From positions 1 to 41,944 of the forward strand of contig JBFRWI010000050.1 in NCBI GenBank assembly GCA_051439505.1: 41,944 bases of DNA, read 5' to 3'. The translations under genes were made by a program, and so were the position numbers. Shown here one piece after another: positions 11,175 through 21,782 of this stretch (position 1 is its first letter; every line of letters starts with the position of its first letter). The notes below the pieces were generated by a model. The model was given only the letters and a program-made list of their open reading frames with translations. It had not been told where the DNA came from and did no database searches. The stretch comes from Hormoscilla sp. GTDB taxonomy: Bacteria; Cyanobacteriota; Cyanobacteriia; Cyanobacteriales; Desertifilaceae.

Positions 11175-14100
11175 ATGGCAACTTATAATCTGACAGCGCG
11201 ACCAGCAGATAGTGTAATCATGTTACCGACCCTCGGGGAAGCGGATCTACTGGTGGTTCCCGAAGAGTCCTCTAACTCCATCTTCCTGGCGATCGCGTTT
11301 GAAACAGCAGACCAGGTTGACATTTCAGCCTTTCCGGAACTGAGTGCCAGAGATCTGATCGACAATGCCATGCCCCTAGTGGGTGGAGTGAGACTGAACG
11401 CGCCCTTCGGGCAGCTAACCCTAGCAGGGATCACCAAAGGACAACTGTCGGAAGATAACTTTATTAACAACCAGCCTCCCAGCCTGGTGCCAATTGAAAA
11501 TCAATCCGCTAGCGAAAACAACCCCTTTAGCTTAGATATCAGCAGCAACATCACGGACGTTAATGGTGACAGTTTAACCTACTCGGCGGCTTTAGAAAAT
11601 GGCGACCCTCTACCAGACTGGCTGAACTTCGATCGCGATAATGGGATCTTCAGCGGTACTCCGTCCGATGATGATGTCGGGATTATAACTGTAGACGTGA
11701 CCGCAGATGACGGTAAGGGCGGTACGGTCGGCGATCGCTTTAACATTGTAGTGTTCAACCTGAACGACCCGCCCACAGTCACTTCCGAGATCCCCGCTCA
11801 AAATGGCAAAGAAGGCACGGCCTTCAGCTTAGATGTCAGCAGCAACTTCTCGGACAGAGATCGGGACAGTCTCACCTACAGTGCCACGGGACTGCCAGAG
11901 GGGTTGAGTATCAATGCCGACACGGGTTCGATCGATGGCGTACCCACCAGTAACGCTGTGGGCACTAGCAATATCATTGTCACGGTGGATGACGGAGTGT
12001 CCGGTACCGTCAGCGATAGCTTTGATATAAATATCGAACCTCGCAATGTTCCCCCCACAGTTACGTCGGCGATCGCGGCCCAAACGGCGATCGAAGGCGG
12101 TCTGTTCCAGTTCCAATTTGACTCCGATAGCTTCTCAGATGGGGATGGAGATATATTAACCTACAGGGCTACCCTGACCGACGGCAACCCCTTACCAGAC
12201 TGGCTGAGTTTCAATTCCGACAGTCGCACCTTCAGCGGTACCCCATCCAACAGCGATGTTGGGGCGATCGCCATTCTGGTCACGGCGGATGACAGTAACG
12301 GGGGCACTGCCGAGACATCCTTCGTGCTGGAAGTAGAGAATGTAAATAATCTGCCCTCCTTAGACCTGAACGGAAGTTTATTTGGGATTGATTTTTCAGC
12401 TACCTTTACTGAAGGACAGGGTGCAGTCGGGATCGTCGATCCGGTGGGCCTGACTCTGGAGGATCTGGACAATAGCAACCTTACGGGTGCCACCGTGACC
12501 ATCACCAACCAGTTAGATGGTACTTCGGAAGTGTTAGCAGCCGATACCAGCGGCACCAGTATCAACGCCAACTACAACAATGGCATTCTCACTCTCACTG
12601 GCATTGACACAGTCGAAAATTACCAGCAGGTCTTGCGTCGCGTCACCTACAATAACACGGCAGTGACCCCCGACCCGCAGCATCGCAGGATCCAATTTTT
12701 GGTCAGTGACGGCAGCAACTTCAGCCCAGTAGCGACCAGTGCGGTCAGTCTGAGAGTGGGTGCGGACTTGCAGTTAACCAAAACAGTCAACAACCCCACT
12801 CCTAATATTGGAGATATTCTCACCTTTACCGTTAACCTGTCTAACAACGGTCCCCTGGATGCCACGAACATTCAAGTTACCGACGTATTACCTGCGGGCA
12901 TGGCAAATGTGATGGGGGCCGCTTCCATTGGCACTTATAACACTGATACGGGAGTCTGGACCGTACCGAGTTTAGCTAGCGGCCAGATGGTCACCCTGCT
13001 CGTTACAGGCACCGTACAGGTTTGGGGAACAGTGATCAATCGGGCCAAGGTGACCAATGTCCTCCAAGAAGACCCAGATCTGACGAACAATGAGGTCGCA
13101 ACGACAGCTTCCTTGGCCCTGCCAGCACAGGTGCAACTAACCGATATCGTGGCAGGCCGGGGAGGCTTTGTCATCAATGGGATCAATGGCAACGATCGGG
13201 CAGGCACCGGAGCAAGTACTGCGGGGGATGTGAACGGGGATGGTCTCGATGACACTATCGTCGGGGTGCCTAATGCTAATGGCAGTCGGGGAGGCGGCTA
13301 CGTAGTGTTTGGCAAAGGCGACAGCACTGGCGTCAACTTAAGCAGTTTGGGCAATGAAGGCTTTTTGGTTAACGGCATCAACGTCAATGACTTGGCGGGC
13401 AGTTCCACAAATACTGCCGGGGACGTAAATGGAGATGGTCTCGACGACATAATTGTCGGCGTACCCGGTGCCAATAGCAGTCGCGGACAAGCCTACGTAG
13501 TCTTCGGCAAGAACGACAGCAACCCAGTCAGCTTGAGCAATTTGGGAACGGGGGGCTTTGTCATTAATGGCAGTACCCCATTAGACATGGCAGGCAGTTC
13601 CGTCAGCACTGCTGGGGACGTGAACGGAGATGGTCTCGATGACCTGATCGTCGGGGTTCCCAATGCCGACTTGAATAATAATGTCGATGCTGGTCAAGCT
13701 TACGTATTGTTCGGCAAGCAGAATAACGGGACAATTAACTTAAATAATTTGGGTACGGCAGGCTTCGCTATCGACGGCATTAACAACTACGATCGCTCTG
13801 GTACGAGTGTCAGTAATGCCGGGGACGTGAATGGGGATGGTCTCGATGATCTGATCGTCGGGGCCCCCGGTGCTAGCAACAGTCGGGGACAGTCCTACAT
13901 CGTCTTCGGCAAGAACGACAGCAACCGCGTGGACTTAAACAGCGTGACTGCGGGTGTTGGGGGCTTTGCGATCAACGGCATCCTTAACAATGACCGTTCT
14001 GGTACGAGTGTCAGTAATGCTGGAGATGTGAATGGTGATGGCTTGCAAGACCTGATCGTCGGGGCCCCCGGTGCCTCCGGCGGGTTCGGGGCCGGGGCGG

Positions 14101-15059
14101 CCTACGTGGTCTTCGGCAAAGCGGACGGTACGGCAGTCAATTTAAACAATTTGGGTTCTGCGGGCTTTACTATTGCAGGTGTTAATAACTCCGACCAATT
14201 CGGCTTTAGCGTCAGTTCTGCTGGTGACGTGAATGCTGATGGTCTCGACGACCTGATCCTTGGGGCGATCGGGGTAAATAGTTTTGCCGGGTCTGCCTAC
14301 GTAGTCTATGGCAAGGCGGACAACAGCACGATAAATGTCAATAGTTTGGGCAATGGCGGCTTCCAGATCGCTGGTATTAATAACGACCAAGCTAACCCCC
14401 TTTCGGGCGATCGGGCGGGGAGTGCGGTCAGCAATGCCGGGGACTTGAACGGAGATGGTTTTGCGGACATCATGTTGAGTTCCCCAGGTGCCAACAGCGA
14501 GACCGGGGCATCCTATGTGTTGTTTGGAGGCAACTTCACTAACTCGGTAACTCAACTGGGGGGAACCAGTCCGGATCTGCTTGTAGGGACGATCGCTGCT
14601 GAAGTATTCATGGGTGCTCAGAATGACGATACTATGGTCGGCGGCGGGGGTGCCGACGTGCTGAATGGCGGTGCGGGCAGCGATGTCATTGCTATAGGTT
14701 CTCTGGACTTTCGGCGGGCAGCAGGGGGCAGCGGGAATGGCGATACCCTGCGTTTGGATGGTAGCTTTAATCTGGATTTAACCGCGATCGCCAATAGCCG
14801 CATTTCGGGGATAGAAGTAATTGACCTGAATGGTTTCGGTAATAGCCTGACCTTATCAGCGAGGGATTTGCAGGATTTATCAGATTCGACTAACAGTTTA
14901 ACAGTGTTAGGGAATAACGGCAATGCCGTGAATGCCGACTTCTCGGACTTGGGCTTCACTGCTAGCAGTAACAGTCCCGTCGTAGGTTTCACCACCTACA
15001 GCAATGGCATCATTCAGTTGGTGGTGGATAATGACTTGACTCGGAATATTCTCGTTTGA
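11175..15059 (+). CDS. Large secreted adhesin-like protein: putative Ig/cadherin-like repeats, DUF11-like domain, FG-GAP beta-propeller, RTX Ca-binding repeats
   Basis: LPDWL.FD....FSGTP Ig repeats; ADLQLTKTVNN...NNGP..AT (DUF11-like); seven AGD(V/L)N(G/A)DG repeats; GGGGADVLNGGAGSD nonamers near the C-terminus. Confidence 0.88.
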   Translation: MATYNLTARPADSVIMLPTLGEADLLVVPEESSNSIFLAIAFETADQVDISAFPELSARDLIDNAMPLVGGVRLNAPFGQLTLAGITKGQLSEDNFINNQPPSLVPIENQSASENNPFSLDISSNITDVNGDSLTYSAALENGDPLPDWLNFDRDNGIFSGTPSDDDVGIITVDVTADDGKGGTVGDRFNIVVFNLNDPPTVTSEIPAQNGKEGTAFSLDVSSNFSDRDRDSLTYSATGLPEGLSINADTGSIDGVPTSNAVGTSNIIVTVDDGVSGTVSDSFDINIEPRNVPPTVTSAIAAQTAIEGGLFQFQFDSDSFSDGDGDILTYRATLTDGNPLPDWLSFNSDSRTFSGTPSNSDVGAIAILVTADDSNGGTAETSFVLEVENVNNLPSLDLNGSLFGIDFSATFTEGQGAVGIVDPVGLTLEDLDNSNLTGATVTITNQLDGTSEVLAADTSGTSINANYNNGILTLTGIDTVENYQQVLRRVTYNNTAVTPDPQHRRIQFLVSDGSNFSPVATSAVSLRVGADLQLTKTVNNPTPNIGDILTFTVNLSNNGPLDATNIQVTDVLPAGMANVMGAASIGTYNTDTGVWTVPSLASGQMVTLLVTGTVQVWGTVINRAKVTNVLQEDPDLTNNEVATTASLALPAQVQLTDIVAGRGGFVINGINGNDRAGTGASTAGDVNGDGLDDTIVGVPNANGSRGGGYVVFGKGDSTGVNLSSLGNEGFLVNGINVNDLAGSSTNTAGDVNGDGLDDIIVGVPGANSSRGQAYVVFGKNDSNPVSLSNLGTGGFVINGSTPLDMAGSSVSTAGDVNGDGLDDLIVGVPNADLNNNVDAGQAYVLFGKQNNGTINLNNLGTAGFAIDGINNYDRSGTSVSNAGDVNGDGLDDLIVGAPGASNSRGQSYIVFGKNDSNRVDLNSVTAGVGGFAINGILNNDRSGTSVSNAGDVNGDGLQDLIVGAPGASGGFGAGAAYVVFGKADGTAVNLNNLGSAGFTIAGVNNSDQFGFSVSSAGDVNADGLDDLILGAIGVNSFAGSAYVVYGKADNSTINVNSLGNGGFQIAGINNDQANPLSGDRAGSAVSNAGDLNGDGFADIMLSSPGANSETGASYVLFGGNFTNSVTQLGGTSPDLLVGTIAAEVFMGAQNDDTMVGGGGADVLNGGAGSDVIAIGSLDFRRAAGGSGNGDTLRLDGSFNLDLTAIANSRISGIEVIDLNGFGNSLTLSARDLQDLSDSTNSLTVLGNNGNAVNADFSDLGFTASSNSPVVGFTTYSNGIIQLVVDNDLTRNILV

Positions 15060-15144
15060 TCTTCGAGGGCAATTTCCTTAAGATAGCATTAAATATGAAG
15101 TGGGCATTGCCCACTTCATGCTATTTTGAATGGTCATGGAAAAG

Positions 15145-15226
15145 TGAGCCACCAAATGAGCCGCCAAATGAGCCGAGATATTGAGCCGCAACTGAGCTAA
15201 TTTAGTCTGGATATTTGCTCTACTCT
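15145..15226 (+). promoter_or_regulatory. Array of five TGAGC(C/T) hexamers followed by a -10-like TACTCT
   Basis: Hexamers at 15145, 15157, 15169, 15182, 15193; a homologous array lies at 15767-15845. Confidence 0.5.
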
Positions 15227-15312
15227 GGAAAGAGTTGAAACTTTTGTTGACGATCTAGTTTTGACTAGGCAAAAAGGGTGTGGTCTTGCGCCCGTTGGTA
15301 CTCGGCCTCCCC

Positions 15313-15365
15313 GCCCGAACCCTAAAGGGCCCGGCTACAGGAACAAAGCCCGCCTGCGCGGGCTA
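15313..15365. repeat. REP-like palindromic repeat (CCCTAAAGGG...GGCTAC...AGCCCGCCTGCGCGGGCTA family)
   Basis: Similar copies at 18282-18334 (inverted) and 26602-26653. Confidence 0.8.
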
Positions 15366-15766
15366 TATACATGTATCGGGCGATGCACCCGGCTATCAAT
15401 TACTTATGACCACACCCAGGCAAAAATGCTCAAGGTTAATCGGAGGAAGGAGATGAAGGAGGTTTCGCGGCTAAATACTGTCGATCGGGCTACAAGGGTT
15501 TTGGGGGCTGTAGCGGTAAATAAAGTTGGCTCCAGGTCAGACATGGGATAGTAGGATTTCGTGCCAAACCTGACCTATGCTGAGAGCAGCACCTACCCAA
15601 AACCCCGTATTACTTTTGTAATACTAATTGAAGTCCGGAATGTGGGTCACAAAACTGTCCCGACTATTGAATCTAAATGCCTCACAGCTTATCTGGCTTC
15701 AACCTGGGGCGATTGCTCCCTGGGACTGGAGAAGGAAAAACTGAAGATAATAGTACATTCAAGCAG

Positions 15767-15845
15767 TGAACCACAATGAGCTGCTAAATGAGCTGGAATT
15801 CTGAGCCGTTAATGAGCCAATTTCAATGAGATAAGCTTGTATATT
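15767..15845 (+). promoter_or_regulatory. Second TGAGC(C/T) hexamer array plus -10 TATATT upstream of a PEP-CTERM gene
   Basis: Hexamers at 15767 (TGAACC), 15777, 15789, 15802, 15813; TATATT at 15840-15845. Confidence 0.5.
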
Positions 15846-15960
15846 GTGAGAAGATGGTACAATGCAACCGATGTCAACCCAACCATCTGGGACTGGGACT
15901 AGATGGTTGGGGGGCGATCTCACTAATAAGAAAAATGTTCTTCAGTGGAGTTAATTAGTC

Positions 15961-16725
15961 ATGCGGATCAAATCAATCCTTACAAGTGCGTTAAATACCT
16001 TAATTCTAATTTCATTGCCTATTTCAGCTCAGGCTGCTATGATTACATTTGCTCCTTGGACTTTAGGCAGTCCTACAGTAACCACCTCCTCTAGCTTTGC
16101 TGCTGGAAGTGGCAAAGCTATGCCTCATCTTTTGCAGGTAATAGCAGGAGCAGCAGTAGATCCATTATCTCCAAGTTCCTATTTTTCGGAGAATGCAACA
16201 GCCACAATATCAGCAAGTAGTTTTTTTACTGTAAATCCACAGGGGGCGGAAACAGTAGGTCAGCAAGTTCCAGGTTTTTTGACAGGAAGCTTGACAGGAG
16301 TTCAAGTTGCAACTGGATTCGATATATTAGAATTGACTGGTAGTTACAGCACTTCCGTATCCGCCACAGTCAATGCAGGATTTGCATCATGGACTAGTCC
16401 TGGAAGTGGAACTTCTATCAGTGGTTCCGTATTAGTTTTAGATGCGGTTAGCAGTCCTGTTAATATACCTTTTAATGTTCCTGGAATTTTAGAGATTGGG
16501 AAAACTTACCCTTTCTCAATGGAATTAACCACCTCAGCTTCTAAAACTGGTGCTTATCAAGTCCTTTCTAAATTTAATGATGGACTTACTGCAACTGTCG
16601 TTGTCGCCGCTCCCGAACCTACCACCACGATCTTAGGTTCATTTCTAGCCCTAGGATTTGGAGCCTTGCTCAAGAGAGAGAACTCAAGAATCCAAAAGAA
16701 GAAAAACCAGAAGGATTCAGAGTAA
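15961..16725 (+). CDS. PEP-CTERM sorting domain protein
   Basis: Signal peptide ending AQA; C-terminal APEP + hydrophobic helix + basic tail. Confidence 0.85.
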   Translation: MRIKSILTSALNTLILISLPISAQAAMITFAPWTLGSPTVTTSSSFAAGSGKAMPHLLQVIAGAAVDPLSPSSYFSENATATISASSFFTVNPQGAETVGQQVPGFLTGSLTGVQVATGFDILELTGSYSTSVSATVNAGFASWTSPGSGTSISGSVLVLDAVSSPVNIPFNVPGILEIGKTYPFSMELTTSASKTGAYQVLSKFNDGLTATVVVAAPEPTTTILGSFLALGFGALLKRENSRIQKKKNQKDSE

Positions 16726-16769
16726 GAGCAAGAAATCATTTGGCTGTGAGATGCTATAATCTTCCTTTA

Positions 16770-16958
16770 CAATACTCCGGACCGTTTTGGGTGTACCTAG
16801 CTACTTTTCTTACAGGCTAAGCCTTTGCTCAACAGAGCAATACGCAGGCAAGTAAGCCTGGGGCTGACCGGGGCTGACCCACCGAAAAAAATAATGCCAG
16901 TATACCGTAACCCTTGCTATGTGGTGGTTATGGGGTCGAAAAACTGTCCGGACTATTG
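16770..16958. mobile_element. MITE with IS4-like CAATA termini, 189 bp
   Basis: TIRs CAATACTCCGGACCGTTTT / AAAACTGTCCGGACTATTG (2 mismatches); a related end at 15651-15669; no clear TSD. Confidence 0.6.
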
Positions 16959-17004
16959 TTTCCCAAAAAGGTCAAGGCAAGAATAAAAGTTGATATGAGA
17001 GTGC

Positions 17005-17033
17005 TTGACAGTACTGAGTTGGAGTGTTAGTAT
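17005..17033 (+). promoter_or_regulatory. Putative sigma70 promoter
   Basis: TTGACA-17 bp-TAGTAT, 50 bp upstream of the ATG at 17084. Confidence 0.6.
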
Positions 17034-17083
17034 AGATAAACTTCACGAAGTAGCTAAAAACTTTCATAGCACGGCTAATCATT

Positions 17084-18118
17084 ATGCGTCAAGTTTTTGC
17101 CCAATTACGCGCAAAGGAAGACAATGACGATCCAAGTCTCAATGCAGATCCGGGTCATCCCCAAACCGATGTCTCGCCGACTCCCATGGGGGGATGGCTG
17201 CGCCAGCGCCTCTTCAGCATCTCCACCGAAGAGACAACCTTTGCTAAACGCGGCTTTAGAACAACTGACCCTCAGATCCAGCAGCAATTAGAAAAAGTCG
17301 GTCCGACTTTCCTACAAGGCTACCATGCCGCGATCGCAAATGACAAGCTGGAGGTACTGGTACCCCAGTTGAATGCTATTGCATCTGAGTGGCGCGGGTT
17401 AGCCTTTGAAGGGGCGGCAATGGGTTTAGCTATCCTCGACTTTCTCCCGGGCGGGCGAAAACATCGTCTCCAAGAATTCCTGGCAGGTGGTGGCGAGGAT
17501 CATGCTTACATGGTTCATGTAGGTGCGGGTTGGATTTTGGGACGAGTTCCTGTAAATGTGGAGAAGTATGTCAGCCAACTCGACCCCTTACTGAAATGGC
17601 TGGCTATTGATGGTTATGGCTTCCATGAAGGCTTTTTCCATCATTCACGCTATGTTACGGAACAGGTTCTCTCTGACAAAGTTTCAGGTTACGCCCAACG
17701 GATGTTTGACCAAGGTTTAGGTCGCAGTTTGTGGTTTGTTGCTGGCGCTGATGTGACCCACATTCGGGAGACTATTAGTCAATTTTCACCGATCAGACAA
17801 CCGGACCTTTGGAGTGGGGTGGGTTTGGCCTGCACCTATGTAGGTGGTGTCGATCGGATCGCAATGGCAGCTTTGCGGACAGCAGCAGGACCCCATCAGG
17901 TGCAACTATTCCAGGGTGCAGCATTTGCAGCTAAGACCCGTCAGCGAGGATTTAATTTGACAGATCATACAGAATTAGCTTGTCAGGTTTTCTGCGGCAT
18001 GTCTGCTTCCGCAGCTGCTAAAATTACAGATATAGCCTTAGAAAATTTGCCCCCCGATGGCGAAGAACCTGCCTATGAAGTATGGCGGCGGCGAATTCAG
18101 GCTCAAATGGAGAATTGA
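17084..18118 (+). CDS. DUF1702 family protein (enediyne-cassette UnbL/E3-like)
   Basis: Motifs FEGAAMG, H.YMVHVGAGW, WLAIDGYGFHEGFF, DQGLGRSLWFV, DLWSGVGLA.TY.GG, PAYEVWRRRI. Confidence 0.85.
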   Translation: MRQVFAQLRAKEDNDDPSLNADPGHPQTDVSPTPMGGWLRQRLFSISTEETTFAKRGFRTTDPQIQQQLEKVGPTFLQGYHAAIANDKLEVLVPQLNAIASEWRGLAFEGAAMGLAILDFLPGGRKHRLQEFLAGGGEDHAYMVHVGAGWILGRVPVNVEKYVSQLDPLLKWLAIDGYGFHEGFFHHSRYVTEQVLSDKVSGYAQRMFDQGLGRSLWFVAGADVTHIRETISQFSPIRQPDLWSGVGLACTYVGGVDRIAMAALRTAAGPHQVQLFQGAAFAAKTRQRGFNLTDHTELACQVFCGMSASAAAKITDIALENLPPDGEEPAYEVWRRRIQAQMEN

Positions 18119-18181
18119 AAATTGAAAATTGAAAATTGAAAATTGCGCTATCTTCCATTCGACCTTCGACCTTCGACCTTC
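18112..18181. repeat. Short tandem heptamer repeats (STRR-like) between convergent genes
   Basis: (GAAAATT)x4 followed by (TTCGACC)x3. Confidence 0.75.
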
Positions 18182-18281
18182 AATTAGCAGAGTTTAATGA
18201 TAAAATGGATGCATTGAGATGCTCTCGTTGTCGATGGGTGGATCTCACTTTCGCAAATGTACATTGATAATAAATGTGATT

Positions 18282-18334
18282 TAGCCCGCGCAGGCGGGCT
18301 TTGTATCTGTAGCCGGACCCTTTAGGGTTCGGGC
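18282..18334. repeat. REP-like palindromic repeat
   Basis: Reverse complement of the 15313-15365 family. Confidence 0.8.
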
Positions 18335-18358
18335 AACGCAAATATGCAATGTAGCCAT

Positions 18359-19525
18359 TCATTTGCGCCCAGCATTCCTCTTTCGTCGTACCGCCACAGC
18401 ACCCAACAGTATTAATCCTACGAGTGGGAGGATAAACATCCCGATCGGGATGTTTGTCGGCGATGATACTTCAGGATCTGTATAATACTTCTGTGCAAAT
18501 TCGCGTTCGACATTTTTTCCTGCCTTTATCCACCTGATTTCGTCAGCGCGGACTCTCTCGAACCAACGGTTAGCCTCAGCAAGCTCGTCTAAAAACCTTT
18601 CTTCAAGGGCATCAAGCTGTAAGAATTGTTGCAGCTCAATGCTTAGTTCAGCGAATGTCCGGTATGTCTCTTGTATTGCCTTATATTCCAACTCGTATGA
18701 CGCCTTCAGATATGCACGAGCTGCTAACTGCTTGGCATCGGAATCAATGTCTCCACTGAGCAATAGGTCTCCAAGAACTTCCAATAAAATTGGGGAATCA
18801 TAATTGCCAAATCTCATCATCCCCTTAACGCCTTTTAGGGCTTTTTTTAGTTCAGTATCGTACTGTTCGACATTGTCTTTATATTCATATGGATTGTATT
18901 CATTGACATGACGAGGGACATTTTGCGCTTCCATGATATAGTTTGCGAATCCGATCGGGAATCTCGTCATGGACATAAAATACCTAGAATGAACCTCAGA
19001 GTCTTCTAGGGGCAGTTTTGCACTCCCGTCTTGCTGTTTGGATAGCACGTAATTAACCAGATGCTTTTGGTAGACCTCCCGTCCGAAATGGGCATTGGGA
19101 TTGATCTGAATCGCCCGATCGATATGTTCAACCCCTTTCTGCAATTGGCCCCCATGGATGTAAAATGTACCCAGGTTCGCTTCCGTCTCGTACAGCCCGG
19201 ACTTCAGCTTGCTCTTGGCGAGCATAGTTTCAATGGCCTTCTGATGTTGACCGGTCTTGTCATAGGCTACCGCGAGATCGTCGTAGTAATTTAGATTATT
19301 GCGATCGCGACTTAACTTCTGCAAGCGATCTTGGATGCGCCATTCATAGAACTCTTGTGAGTGACGCAAGAACTTCCCAGTGATGAGTTCGAGAGTTCCC
19401 GGAAAGCGTTTCCGCTCCATCGCGATCGTGTCCTGGTCCCAAATACAAGCGAAAGCGGGAATGGCGACAGCGATGGAAATGAAAATCACCGCAAGGGCGA
19501 TCGGTTTGAGTTTCATAATCCACAA
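18359..19525 (-). CDS. Secreted/membrane-anchored TPR-containing protein
   Basis: Signal peptide (probable start MKLKP at 19516) then CIWDQDT; TPR-like DDLAVAYDKTG and ANLGTFYIHGG...AIQINPNAH; C-terminal TM helix + RRKR. Confidence 0.7.
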   Translation of the reverse strand: MWIMKLKPIALAVIFISIAVAIPAFACIWDQDTIAMERKRFPGTLELITGKFLRHSQEFYEWRIQDRLQKLSRDRNNLNYYDDLAVAYDKTGQHQKAIETMLAKSKLKSGLYETEANLGTFYIHGGQLQKGVEHIDRAIQINPNAHFGREVYQKHLVNYVLSKQQDGSAKLPLEDSEVHSRYFMSMTRFPIGFANYIMEAQNVPRHVNEYNPYEYKDNVEQYDTELKKALKGVKGMMRFGNYDSPILLEVLGDLLLSGDIDSDAKQLAARAYLKASYELEYKAIQETYRTFAELSIELQQFLQLDALEERFLDELAEANRWFERVRADEIRWIKAGKNVEREFAQKYYTDPEVSSPTNIPIGMFILPLVGLILLGAVAVRRKRNAGRK

Positions 19526-19712
19526 GTTTGGATCGACTTAATTACACATTACTTTCTTCTAGTATATAGCTCGATCGCGTCAATTCTGTGTAATTAAGGG
19601 GCATAGATCATATCTTGCACCATTCTCAACTAGAGGCGGAGCCTCGATAGATCGTTCCCCGGCTCCGCCGGCGGAGCCAGGGAACGAGGGTAAAAAAAAC
19701 ACTTTATCCACA

Positions 19713-19747
19713 AGGCTTTCAGTCGGTTGAAAACCGACTGAAAGCCT
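19713..19747. repeat. 16-bp-stem hairpin within a cluster of REP-like repeats
   Basis: AGGCTTTCAGTCGGTT-GAA-AACCGACTGAAAGCCT, flanked by CGTTCCC..GGGAACG-type palindromes (about 19633-19775). Confidence 0.7.
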
Positions 19748-20183
19748 CGTTACCTGGCTCCGCCTGGTAACGCGCGTGGGTTAAAACCCACGGCGGGCCA
19801 GTAGGATATTTGACATGTAATTATTAGCAACAAAACTACATATTTTGTTACACAAATAACATTTGTTAACAGACAGAAACAAAAATTAACTAAAGCTATG
19901 TATTTTCCACTAGCTAGAGCAGCCCGGCAGAAATAAGTCACCTGCCGGAAGCCTTAGCACTCAGGGTTCGGGATAAGTATAAATACTCGCGCTTCCTGCG
20001 GGCAGCCCGATCGCCATTTTCAATTAGCATGATTTTGAGGTAGAGTGATCCCGTTGGGATCGCTCTGCTTTCTGGGGATAGACAGATGGCTGTTTTGTCC
20101 CCATATGACCAGAAAATCTTAAAATATCGTTAAGCTAGCGCTCCTACTGTAATTGCAAATTCACCCATAACTACTGAATTACT

Positions 20184-21782
20184 ATGGCTATTGGCTACGT
20201 TGCCCTTGTCCTCCACGCCCACCTACCCTTTGTCCGGCACCCCGAAAGCGACTACGTGCTGGAAGAAGAATGGCTCTATGAGGCGATCACGGAAACCTAC
20301 ATCCCCCTGCTGCATGTATTTGAAGGCTTACAACGGGATGGTGTTGACTTCAAAATGACCATGAGCATGACACCGCCTCTGGTGTCGATGCTGCGGGATC
20401 CCCTGTTGCAAGAACGGTACGACGCCCACCTGGCCCTGCTAGAGGAATTAGTCCAAAAAGAGATCGAGCATAACGAGCATAACGGTCACCTGCGCTATCT
20501 GGCCGAGCATTATGAGAAAGAGTTTAATGAGATTCGCAGTACCTGGGAACGTTATGACGGCGACTTGGTAACCGCTTTCAAGCAATTCCTGGATAGCAAC
20601 AACCTGGAGATCATCACCTGCGGCGCTACCCACGGTTATCTGCCGCTGATGAAGATGTATCCCGAGGCCGTGTGGGCCCAAATTCAGGTAGCCTGCGAAC
20701 ATTACGAGCAAAGTTTCGGGCGTCCGCCCAAGGGCATCTGGTTGCCAGAATGTGCCTATTATGAAGGGGTAGAGCGGATGCTAGCGGATGCAGGTTTGCG
20801 CTACTTCCTCACCGACGGACATGGGATACTTTACGCCCGTCCCCGCCCCCGCTTTGGCAGCTATGCACCGGTGTTCACCGAAACTGGCGTGGCAGCTTTC
20901 GGGCGCGATCACGAGTCTTCCCAACAGGTGTGGTCCTCGGAGGTAGGCTATCCCGGTGCCGCAGAATACCGGGAATTTTACAAGGATTTGGGCTGGGAGG
21001 CTGACTACGAGTACATCAAGCCTTACATTATGCCCAACGGACAGCGGAAAAATACTGGCATTAAATACCACAAGATTACGGGTCGAGGTCTGGGTTTGTC
21101 TGAAAAGGCCCTGTACGATCCTTACTGGGCGCGGGAAAAGGCAGCGGAACATGCAGGTAATTTTATGTTCAATCGCCAGCAGCAAGCCGAACACCTGCAC
21201 GGGATTATGCAGCGCCCTCCCATGATCGTCTCCCCCTACGATGCCGAGTTATTTGGCCATTGGTGGTACGAGGGGCCTTGGTTCATCGATTACCTCTTGC
21301 GTAAGTCCTGGTTTGACCAAGATATTTATGAGATGACCCATTTGGCAGATTATCTACGAGGTAATCCCACTCAGCAAGTCTGTCGTCCCTCTCAGTCTAG
21401 TTGGGGGTATAAGGGTTTCCACGAGTATTGGCTGAATGAAACGAATGCCTGGGTTTATCCCCATTTGCACAAGGTGGCAGAACGGATGATTTCCTTGGCC
21501 TCTCGGGAACCGGCTGATGAGTTGGAGTGGAAGGCCCTCAACCAGGCCGCCCGGGAACTTTTGCTGGCTCAATCTTCTGACTGGGCGTTTATTATGCGCA
21601 CGGGTACGATGGTGCCTTATGCCGTCCGCCGCACCCGATCGCACTTACTGCGGTTCGACAAACTCTACGATGATATTAATCAGGGCAAAATCGATAGCGG
21701 TTGGCTGGAGAAAGTAGAGGAGATCGACAACATCTTCCCCGAAATCAACTATCGCGTCTATCGCCCCTTGCAGCAGGGCTAA
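20184..21782 (+). CDS. Glycoside hydrolase family 57 protein (GH57 + DUF1957; glucan branching enzyme type)
   Basis: LVLHAHLPFV, GIWLPECAY, PYDAELFGHWWYEG, ARELLLAQSSDWAF. Confidence 0.95.
   Translation: MAIGYVALVLHAHLPFVRHPESDYVLEEEWLYEAITETYIPLLHVFEGLQRDGVDFKMTMSMTPPLVSMLRDPLLQERYDAHLALLEELVQKEIEHNEHNGHLRYLAEHYEKEFNEIRSTWERYDGDLVTAFKQFLDSNNLEIITCGATHGYLPLMKMYPEAVWAQIQVACEHYEQSFGRPPKGIWLPECAYYEGVERMLADAGLRYFLTDGHGILYARPRPRFGSYAPVFTETGVAAFGRDHESSQQVWSSEVGYPGAAEYREFYKDLGWEADYEYIKPYIMPNGQRKNTGIKYHKITGRGLGLSEKALYDPYWAREKAAEHAGNFMFNRQQQAEHLHGIMQRPPMIVSPYDAELFGHWWYEGPWFIDYLLRKSWFDQDIYEMTHLADYLRGNPTQQVCRPSQSSWGYKGFHEYWLNETNAWVYPHLHKVAERMISLASREPADELEWKALNQAARELLLAQSSDWAFIMRTGTMVPYAVRRTRSHLLRFDKLYDDINQGKIDSGWLEKVEEIDNIFPEINYRVYRPLQQG

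Noticed and set aside
15145..15845. CRISPR or TIGR-like array
   Set aside because: The repeats are only 6 bp with 4-7 bp spacers; no box C/D-like motifs or associated protein
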